From contig JBBRXO010000037.1 of assembly GCA_038248345.1 (NCBI GenBank), forward strand, positions 1-23,375: a DNA stretch of 23,375 nucleotides, in the 5' to 3' direction. The notes below the pieces were generated by a model. It did not search any database. It saw only the letters and a program-made list of their open reading frames with translations, and was not told the DNA's origin. Positions 1-7,156 of this stretch are shown here, piece by piece. The first letter of the stretch is position 1, and every line of letters starts with the position of its first letter. This DNA is from Armatimonadota bacterium (GTDB lineage: Bacteria > Armatimonadota > Hebobacteria > CAIYQO01). A program made the position numbers and the translations under genes.

Positions 1-60
1 ATGCCTCGCTCAGGTTTACAATAACGATAGTCTTCCATTATCACATCGCAACGGAGGGAC

Positions 61-921
61 ATGATGCCGACAGGGATAAACGTTAGCGGAACTATCGACC
101 AGCATCTGAAGAATCTGCACGACATCGAACGGCAGGACAATATCATCGAAATGCAAGCGGCGGAGACGCAAAAGCAGATGCTCATATGGATCATCGGAGC
201 GGTGGTTGGTTTGCTTCTGCTGATGTTCCTAAATTCGCAGGGAACAGTTTTTGTCGCACTTGGGATTATCATTCTGCTTCCCTGTGCGGTAATGTCGATT
301 ATCACGGGAATCAAGTGGTCGGGACTGAAGAAGCAGGATATCGAAGACCGGCGTATCCAACTGCCATTGAAATTCCTCGGGGTGCTGGGACGCGACATCG
401 AGATTAACACCCCGGTGACGCTGAATGTAGACTTCCAAGGATACAAAGTACACGGGAAGTTGCTGGAAGAAAACAAAGGCGGCATGTTGAATCCCATCAG
501 TACCTTCAAATACGCGGATTCCTGGTTCGGCGCACGCGGCAAACTGGCCGACGGCAATCGCTTCAACGTCTCCATCAAGCAGAATATCAAGCGCAAAGAG
601 AAGCGAAAACGCAAATATACCAAGGTGAATGAGCGCATTGACGAAGATATCACGCTGGTGCTACGCATCTCTGCCACTCGATACCCTAACTGGCAACAAC
701 TGAATCAACTACTGAGTCCCGGCATGCATGATAACCTGCAGATTACCCGCCTGCACGTAGCCGAAGACGGTATACGCCTGGTCTGTACCACCCCGGAAAC
801 TGTAAATATGCGAGGCCGTGGTGGTTCCAATACAACCATGGGTAACAACCTGGCCGACGGTGATACGCTCTTACGCTTATTCCTCTATGTCTACAACCAG
901 TTGGAGAAGTGCAGGAAGTAG
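61..921 (+). CDS. Hypothetical membrane protein (2 N-terminal TM helices, soluble C-terminal domain with a basic KRKEKRKRKYTK patch)
   Basis: 286-aa ORF with GGAGGG RBS just upstream, two hydrophobic segments (aa ~41-57 and ~63-83), and a hairpin terminator downstream. Confidence 0.8.
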   Translation: MMPTGINVSGTIDQHLKNLHDIERQDNIIEMQAAETQKQMLIWIIGAVVGLLLLMFLNSQGTVFVALGIIILLPCAVMSIITGIKWSGLKKQDIEDRRIQLPLKFLGVLGRDIEINTPVTLNVDFQGYKVHGKLLEENKGGMLNPISTFKYADSWFGARGKLADGNRFNVSIKQNIKRKEKRKRKYTKVNERIDEDITLVLRISATRYPNWQQLNQLLSPGMHDNLQITRLHVAEDGIRLVCTTPETVNMRGRGGSNTTMGNNLADGDTLLRLFLYVYNQLEKCRK

Positions 922-945
922 CCGATCTAATATTAACACAAAGAT

Positions 946-986
946 GCGCCGTGCCATACTAATCCTTGTATGGCACGGCGCTTTTT
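946..986 (+). terminator. Rho-independent terminator, possibly bidirectional, between convergent genes
   Basis: Perfect 14-bp stem GCGCCGTGCCATAC (946-959) / GTATGGCACGGCGC (968-981) followed by TTTTT. Confidence 0.85.
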
Positions 987-1009
987 GCTATTGCCTTCCG
1001 TGGTTGTGT

Positions 1010-4000
1010 TTAGATTACATTCAGGTGCAGGTTGCCAACGATGACTGAGCGGGCAGCGGCGGCATTAGTGGAGAAAAGCTCAATCTGGAGCGGTTTCTGT
1101 CCACCGGTTGTCGTAGCCGTTATGCCATTTATGACAACTGTGATTGTAGTACCAGAGATAGAGAGCGTGAAGTTATTGATATTGCGCCCTTCTACTCCTT
1201 GGATTACCTTACCATTCAAGGTAACAGTTCCTTTCACATCACCTTGCAAGGTTGCTATCGTTGTACCACCACTGTTGAGTTTGATGCTTGCTACATCCCA
1301 ACCTGATGATATTTGGATGTTACCGCTGACGGTAACATTAGTTGGGGTACCTGGTACCAGACTGGTAATATCCCGGTAGATACTCATTCCAGCGGGTGCT
1401 ACCTGCGTACAAGTAACGGTTATTTTCTGTGTCGTAGCATCAAAATGCCCATACCAGTCATTCCACGGATCATTTATATTGTGGCGATCCACTTGATTGC
1501 GCGTCCATGGCGCGGTATTGGGCATGTCGCCGGTGATTAACCCGCTGCAGAGATCGGTCGTGGTACCGAAGACTACATTCAATTGCAGGGCTCCGAAATC
1601 TATTCTACGACTGGCAGCAGCATTCGTAGAATAGATTTCGACCGACGTCGGATTCTGACCGCCACCGACCGATACACTCACTCCGTTTACTATCGCAGTG
1701 ATGGTAGTTCCCGCCACGGCCAGTGAGAAGTTATTAGTAAGGCGTCCATCAACACCCACCAGCGTTGTCCCATTCAAGGTAACGGTGCCCGCGCTATTGC
1801 TTTGCAGGGTGGCGATAACAGTGCTGCCGTTTTTGAGTTTTATACCGGCTACATCATAACCGGAATTAACCAATAAGTTTCCACTGATCGTCACGGAAGT
1901 TGGAGCGCCGAAAGTCTGTCCTGCGATGTCTCGATATATACTCATTCCAGTAGGAGCTACCTGCGAACATGCCACGGTAACTTTCTGGGTGGAAGCATCG
2001 AAATGCGCAAACCAATCATTCCACGAATCTGCTTCATGTCGATCGGCTACATTACGTGTCCAGGGTGCTGTATTCGGCATATCGCCGGTAACCAGGGCAG
2101 AGAATAGATTCGTAATGTTGGATCCGTTTCCATGGATTTCGTAGGTGCCAGTTGAGACCTGACTATCGGCCATTCCCGTCTTATATGCGACGGCTTTCAA
2201 TACACAGCCGCCGTTAAGCGTGACTGATGTGCCAATAGTCCCCACGGTTGAGCTTGGGGTGGTGCCATCAGTGGTATAGCGAATGGTCGCGCCACCCGTC
2301 AAAGTTGCGATGGTCACCGTCTGCGCGGTTGGATAGGTACCGGCGGCGGCAGTGAAACTAGGCTGCGCACAACGGATACTGTAACTACTGGAAGCGACGA
2401 AGCTATCTGTCATGCCAGCATAATATGCAATTGCTTTTAGGGTAGTGTTCGTCGAAATTGCAATTTGCCCAGTATAGATGGTTCCTGTTGAGGAAGTAGG
2501 TGTAGAGCCGTCGGTAGTGTAGCGTATTGATGCACCGGCAGTAGCGCTAGTAAGCGTCACATATTGTGCGAAGCTATAGGTACCCGGTGTCACCGAGAAG
2601 AGTGGCGTGGCAACCTGCGTCCCCAGGGTAACGGTGGTGTCCAGTGCCCCTTTGCCACCCAGTTTGGCGATTGCGCTGGCGCCAGTTAGTTTCCAGAGCA
2701 TCACACCTGCTACGTTACTCTCATCATTGGAGTAGACGAAGTATTCACCAGCATTGGAGAACATTTCAGAGGCATAGGTGTTGCCGGCAAACCCTATCGG
2801 TTTTGACACTTGGTTAGGGTTACCCGGAACTCCGAACTGCCCGACGAAAAGACCATCATCCATAAAGTGCATCCATTGCGAGGATTGACCGCCATTATAG
2901 AATTCGCCAGTGTGTCCGTAGATCACCTGGTCACCTACAGAACTTACCTGCGTACCAGCGTATTGTATTCCATCTCCGACATCGAAATTGCCAATATTGA
3001 GGAACGGAATTTCCGTGGCAACTGCCGGGCTACCTTTCCATTGCCATGCGCCGGCGCCGAGGTTAACGGCACCGAGGTGCCACGTATATGGCTGGCCTGC
3101 AGCGACATAATTTTTGCTGGGGTCAAAAGCGATGAGCACGTTGTTTGAGGTGATGGGTATCAGCGATCCGTAAAGAGCGAAACCTGAGCGGGGAGAGTAA
3201 GCGTCAATAGGAGCGCTTGCCAGCGATACCGCTGGTCCCCATTGTGGATTACCCGAAGTATCAAAGCCCAGGAGCGGCATCTTATACCAGGTGTCCGTCC
3301 CCGCAGGAACTGAACTACTGACATACCGACGTGAGCCATCTGCGTAGAATGATTCTGCTGTGTTTGTTAAGAAGATACCGGTAAAGCGCAAACCAGTGCT
3401 GGTAAGCTCAACAATCTCGCGGCCAGCGCTACTACGGTTTACAGCACCATAAGTTCGTCCATTAGAAAGGGTGTAAACAGGCTTTAAGCCTTTAGCGACG
3501 CTGGTGGAATAGATCGCGTCAAAATTGGACATTTCGCGTCCAGCGGCCCAGTTTTTGACGAATCTCCAGCAGTTGTTGCCGCCAGTAGCTTCCGGGTCAC
3601 CCGTCTGCAGCGGTACGCTGTAATCAACTGCATACTCAATGAAATCGCTGAAAACGCGTGTGGGGGCGTTGTTATCAACCGTGGCGCAATAGCTTGCCGG
3701 ACGGAACATAATGCGCTCAAGGTAAGTGCGTGCGGAGTTGAAGTGAAGCAAGCGATTTGTTTCTGTATCACCCACCCAGAATGACCCATCAGATAGTACC
3801 ACTAAAGGAGTTATCGGATCAGTTATATTGGTGCCATCAGTCGAGCGGAAGAAACCGAACTTATCATTGGCAGCGGCGATACCATTAGTCCGCCATCCGC
3901 CTGCCAGCCCATATGTCCATGTTGGGGTGGTGACCGTACCGGTCAGGACGTTGGAATAAGATTTCACCTGTTGGCTGGTGCCACCATCTGCCACCATCAT

Positions 4001-5038
4001 GATATTACTGGAAGGATGAGTGGCTACCGTGACTGGAGCATTCAGCGAGGAAACCGTTGCTGCCAGTGTCGGAGTGGTGGTCAGGTTTTTATAGCGTTTT
4101 ACCGTCGTACCAGTGATCACCCAGAGGTCGCCGTTATTGGCAAAGGCGATATCTTTCGGACTGGTAACGGTGAAAGAGCGAAGTAATTGGCCTGTCGTCT
4201 TGTTATACAAGCGCACGGTATTCAAAGTGGCATGCGCTACAGCCAACAGATTGCCCGCGCCCTGTCCGGTGCGCTGTACGGCCAGACCGCTGGCGAAATC
4301 GTTGTTAGGGCCAGGGGTTACGGTGCTGAGGTCGATAACGCTGGGGTAATGTTGACCTTCATAGGTACCGTTCAGGCGAACATCGGTGCCATAGGTGCCA
4401 AAAGAATAGAATGTGCTATAGGTTGTTGCACTGATCGCAAATACAAAATTCTTTTCATTCTGAATGGCGGGAGCTGTTGCCAGATAGACATTGGTGCCAT
4501 CTGTTGCAACCTTCACCAGGGAAGTAAAACAATCCTGACGGAACCAGTCATCCGCCTTTTGCGGTGTGCTGGGGGTGATTTTTTTACAGCCGGTTTGTTG
4601 TTCGTTATAACCTGCCACCATGAATATGGGGCTGGAGGCAGCACCGGAGTTGGCCATTGCCTGTGGCGAGATGAAAGAGCGCCAGAATTGAACATCATCC
4701 GAGAGTACGGCTGAGGTATTGCCGATGGTACCGGCTACCGTGTAGCCGACATTATGATATAGGACTTTGGTTGTGTAGGTACCTGCCGAAACCGCAGTCC
4801 CGGCATCGTTGAGGTTATCCCAGGTAGCGGAATTAGTGCCGACGTTTTTAACAACGTTACGCCAGAGAGTGCGAACCAGGACGCCATTGCCATCATACAC
4901 AGCGGCAGATGTCTTGTAAGTAGGCGCTCCTGCCGGTAGTGTGTAGTTGATTGTAGTTACTGCCTGTACGGCGCTTGCGAGGAATAATGCTATAAGCCCG
5001 CAGATAACCAGACAGTAAGTGCGCATTTGAATAAACAT
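1010..5038 (-). CDS. Large secreted multidomain protein: signal peptide, FlgD-like Ig domain, beta-propeller (NHL/SMP-30-like) region, 2x chitobiase/Fn3-associated (CHB_HEX_C_1-like) domains, duplicated C-terminal beta-sandwich
   Basis: Signal peptide ending ASAVQA. FlgD-like 'AAVYDGNGVLVRTL...WDNLNDAGTAVSAGTY'. Two 'A(S/T)IRYTTDG(S/T)TP' motifs. Tandem ~185-aa repeat containing 'TGDMPNTAPWTRN'. Start ATG 5038 chosen from a GGGGG RBS. Confidence 0.85.
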   Translation of the reverse strand: MFIQMRTYCLVICGLIALFLASAVQAVTTINYTLPAGAPTYKTSAAVYDGNGVLVRTLWRNVVKNVGTNSATWDNLNDAGTAVSAGTYTTKVLYHNVGYTVAGTIGNTSAVLSDDVQFWRSFISPQAMANSGAASSPIFMVAGYNEQQTGCKKITPSTPQKADDWFRQDCFTSLVKVATDGTNVYLATAPAIQNEKNFVFAISATTYSTFYSFGTYGTDVRLNGTYEGQHYPSVIDLSTVTPGPNNDFASGLAVQRTGQGAGNLLAVAHATLNTVRLYNKTTGQLLRSFTVTSPKDIAFANNGDLWVITGTTVKRYKNLTTTPTLAATVSSLNAPVTVATHPSSNIMMVADGGTSQQVKSYSNVLTGTVTTPTWTYGLAGGWRTNGIAAANDKFGFFRSTDGTNITDPITPLVVLSDGSFWVGDTETNRLLHFNSARTYLERIMFRPASYCATVDNNAPTRVFSDFIEYAVDYSVPLQTGDPEATGGNNCWRFVKNWAAGREMSNFDAIYSTSVAKGLKPVYTLSNGRTYGAVNRSSAGREIVELTSTGLRFTGIFLTNTAESFYADGSRRYVSSSVPAGTDTWYKMPLLGFDTSGNPQWGPAVSLASAPIDAYSPRSGFALYGSLIPITSNNVLIAFDPSKNYVAAGQPYTWHLGAVNLGAGAWQWKGSPAVATEIPFLNIGNFDVGDGIQYAGTQVSSVGDQVIYGHTGEFYNGGQSSQWMHFMDDGLFVGQFGVPGNPNQVSKPIGFAGNTYASEMFSNAGEYFVYSNDESNVAGVMLWKLTGASAIAKLGGKGALDTTVTLGTQVATPLFSVTPGTYSFAQYVTLTSATAGASIRYTTDGSTPTSSTGTIYTGQIAISTNTTLKAIAYYAGMTDSFVASSSYSIRCAQPSFTAAAGTYPTAQTVTIATLTGGATIRYTTDGTTPSSTVGTIGTSVTLNGGCVLKAVAYKTGMADSQVSTGTYEIHGNGSNITNLFSALVTGDMPNTAPWTRNVADRHEADSWNDWFAHFDASTQKVTVACSQVAPTGMSIYRDIAGQTFGAPTSVTISGNLLVNSGYDVAGIKLKNGSTVIATLQSNSAGTVTLNGTTLVGVDGRLTNNFSLAVAGTTITAIVNGVSVSVGGGQNPTSVEIYSTNAAASRRIDFGALQLNVVFGTTTDLCSGLITGDMPNTAPWTRNQVDRHNINDPWNDWYGHFDATTQKITVTCTQVAPAGMSIYRDITSLVPGTPTNVTVSGNIQISSGWDVASIKLNSGGTTIATLQGDVKGTVTLNGKVIQGVEGRNINNFTLSISGTTITVVINGITATTTGGQKPLQIELFSTNAAAARSVIVGNLHLNVI

Positions 5039-5344
5039 AGAGACCCCCAAACTTCAAGGTCTGAACGATACACCGGACAATAGTCCGTGGACAAAACGAA
5101 CACTGAAAATATAACAGTCGGTGACAACCCATACAGGTTGATAACGCTTACAGTGTTTTAAGCAAACTTTTTCCATCGGCAATCCCATGACGTCATCCAT
5201 GGTGCCTGCCAGCTCTAGAAATACTCAATTCTTAGTGTTGACCACCTCCCTCAGATATAAGAGTTATAATATGCGACCCTGGTTAAACCTACAATTTATG
5301 CTAGTATCCCTTACGGTAGCCATTAGCCAGATATTCCTATGATA

Positions 5345-5372
5345 ATGATACCACATATTTCCACAGTGTCAA
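5345..5372 (-). promoter_or_regulatory. Sigma70-type promoter for the large secreted protein
   Basis: Minus strand TTGACA (5372-5367), 16-bp spacer ending TGG, TATCAT (5350-5345); extended -10. Confidence 0.6.
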
Positions 5373-5442
5373 TAGCATGAAAAATAATTTTTACCTGGTG
5401 CACGGGGTGGGGGGCATTTACTGGGAACGCACGCTTCCAGTT

Positions 5443-5523
5443 TGCCCCCGTAGCATGGGCGGATAGTACATAACCTCATGGGTCATCACCCTGGGGCCGA
5501 GGCGTCTCGCCTGCCCTGCCCAC
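5443..5523. repeat. Composite REP-like dispersed element, copy 1 (inverted relative to copy 2 at 19131-19233)
   Basis: TGCCCCCGTAGCATGGGC (5443-5460) is the exact reverse complement of 19216-19233. AGGCGTCTCGCCTGCCC (5500-5516) matches the reverse complement of 19133-19149 at 16/17. Confidence 0.75.
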
Positions 5524-5525
5524 CT

Positions 5526-5551
5526 TCTCTGTGCTCTCTGTGCTCTCTGTG
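5526..5551. repeat. 9-bp tandem repeat (TCTCTGTGC) x ~3
   Basis: tctctgtgc tctctgtgc tctctgtg read directly. Confidence 0.8.
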
Positions 5552-5578
5552 TTAATTATTCACCATTTAGTAGGTAAC

Positions 5579-5618
5579 AAAAAAACGCGCCCGCTGGAGG
5601 AATCTCCGGCGGGCGCGT
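5579..5618 (-). terminator. Rho-independent terminator of the CxxC-x17-CxxC gene
   Basis: 15-bp near-perfect stem ACGCGCCCGCTGGAG / CTCCGGCGGGCGCGT with a 4-nt loop. The A7 run on + gives a U7 tail on the minus strand. Confidence 0.85.
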
Positions 5619-5655
5619 AGGTTTGTATCTCAATTAGCTTGAGAGGTTGTATCTA

Positions 5656-5988
5656 TTACCAGCGTGAGGAGCGGCTCGGTGAGGAGCTGCGCTGACCCTG
5701 GAAACAATCGGAACAATAAACGGGCTTTTCGCCGCTCGGCTGAAAAGGTACCTGGCAGGTCTTGCCACAGGTAGCACAGGTTGCGCTGTGCATTTCGCGG
5801 GGGCCGCCGCCGCCGCCATCACGACGTCCGCCAAAGCCACTCTGGGCTTTGTGTTTTGCACGGCAATCCGGGCAACGACCAGGGGTGTTCGTGAAACCCT
5901 TCTGTTCGTGGAATTCCTGCTCACCAACGGTGAACACGAATGTTCTGCTGCAATCTCGGCAGGTCAAGTTCTTGTCTGTGTAGCTCAT
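5656..5988 (-). CDS. Zinc-ribbon (zf-trcl) + CxxC-x17-CxxC domain protein, putative nucleic-acid binding
   Basis: Typical family sequence 'MSYTDKNLTCRDCSRTFVFTVGEQEFHEQKGFTNTPGRCPDCR...REMHSATCATCGKTCQVPFQPSGEKPVYCSDCF'. AAAGGAG RBS 8 nt before ATG 5988. Confidence 0.92.
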   Translation of the reverse strand: MSYTDKNLTCRDCSRTFVFTVGEQEFHEQKGFTNTPGRCPDCRAKHKAQSGFGGRRDGGGGGPREMHSATCATCGKTCQVPFQPSGEKPVYCSDCFQGQRSSSPSRSSRW

Positions 5989-6135
5989 AGCTTGCACTCC
6001 TTTAATAGTCTACCGTCATGGTGTCGAGATCTGGATGGTGTAAGGGATGTGCTAGCGCGTGCAAGAACAACCAGTATTGCCCAAATCAGGGATTACCTGT
6101 CGGTTAGTCGTGGAGACTTCTCTCCATCTTTTAGT

Positions 6136-6164
6136 AGTATACCCACTTTCATAGGAAAATACAA
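6136..6164 (-). promoter_or_regulatory. Sigma70-type promoter of the CxxC-x17-CxxC gene, implying a ~140-nt 5' UTR
   Basis: Minus strand TTGTAT (6164-6159) - 17 bp - TATACT (6141-6136). Confidence 0.65.
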
Positions 6165-6252
6165 GGGGGTGATATTAGAAATAATATATTACCGCAAAAG
6201 TGTCGGTTTTTCGTACCAATAGGCAGCTGAAAAATACCCAAGGTGCTGCTTT

Positions 6253-7023
6253 CTACTCTACAATGCAGCGGAATCCAACTGTCGGACGGCGGTAGGATCC
6301 GCGTCCGCGTTGAGAATCGCAATCAAAGCAACGGTTGGCACAGCGGAGATATGCCGCGTAGGTACTCTGGAAAGAGCCGCCACGTAGCACGTGCCCACTG
6401 CCGGGGGGCGTTCTTCTGATTGGCATACGGATAGGTGCGCGTTCATACTCACCTTGCGGCGCAGCAAGACACCACTCCCAGACGTTGCCCACCATGTCGC
6501 GTGCGCCATACGGGCTTATATTATCCGGGTGTATTCCGATTGGTTGGGTCGTTTTGCTGGCATGGCTGCATTGTTCGGGTGTCCAGTCATCGCCCCAGGG
6601 CCAGCAGCGGCCGTCGGTACCCCGCGCGGCTTTTTCCCAATGAGCTTCGGTAGGGATCATAGCTTGCGCCCAGGCGGCATAGTGCGTCACTTCCACCCAG
6701 CTCACATTCACGATGGGGTGATCATCCTGCCATCCCCATTCCGGTTCGACCGGCATTGTCCACTCGGTGGCGAGGCAACAGGCACGGAATTGCGCTACAG
6801 TAACGGGGTCGCGGTAAATCCAATAGCCGGGGAGCGAAACAGAACGCTGCTCTTTTTCCTGGGCGAACCAATCTGCTTGCCAATCGGGATGCTGTTGAAG
6901 AATTGTACAAATATCAGCATCTTTGGAACCCATAAGGAAATCACCCCCGGCGACCCATACCATTTCGGCTCCATCAACGCTGTTCACTTGTGCTGCAATC
7001 GTATTCGAGATTATTTCTGGCAT
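6253..7023 (-). CDS. Formylglycine-generating enzyme (SUMF1/FGE-sulfatase) domain protein, probably non-catalytic type
   Basis: Motifs 'MVWVAGGDFLMGS', 'HPIVNVSW', 'PTEAHWEKAARG', 'DMVGNVWEWC', 'VLRGGSF', 'VGFRC'. Start ATG 7023 is approximate. Confidence 0.9.
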   Translation of the reverse strand: MPEIISNTIAAQVNSVDGAEMVWVAGGDFLMGSKDADICTILQQHPDWQADWFAQEKEQRSVSLPGYWIYRDPVTVAQFRACCLATEWTMPVEPEWGWQDDHPIVNVSWVEVTHYAAWAQAMIPTEAHWEKAARGTDGRCWPWGDDWTPEQCSHASKTTQPIGIHPDNISPYGARDMVGNVWEWCLAAPQGEYERAPIRMPIRRTPPGSGHVLRGGSFQSTYAAYLRCANRCFDCDSQRGRGSYRRPTVGFRCIVE

Positions 7024-7122
7024 AATAACCACCCTTCTTTCACATCTTAGCGCATCTCAGTCAGGGCAGTTAGTGGCGCGAAGGGAGTTCCGTCTTCGCC
7101 ACCCATTCAAAAATGATTACTC

Positions 7123-7151
7123 ATAGTAACAGAATTTAGTAAAAAATGCAA
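7123..7151 (-). promoter_or_regulatory. Sigma70-type promoter for the FGE-domain gene
   Basis: Minus strand TTGCAT (7151-7146) - 17 bp ending TGT - TACTAT (7128-7123); extended -10. Confidence 0.55.
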
Positions 7152-7156
7152 TACTC

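Noticed and set aside
6253..7023. Diversity-generating retroelement target (FGE/C-lectin fold)
   Set aside because: No template repeat of its 3' end and no reverse transcriptase in the window; a remote TR cannot be excluded.
5788..7050. + strand ORFs 5788-6222 and 6391-7050
   Set aside because: Antisense shadows of the well-supported CxxC-x17-CxxC and FGE genes.
7024..7116. Fluoride (crcB) or other known riboswitch in the FGE leader
   Set aside because: The GGCGA...AACTGC...CTGA resemblance is superficial; the GAUGGnGUUC and GCUGAUGAC cores are missing.
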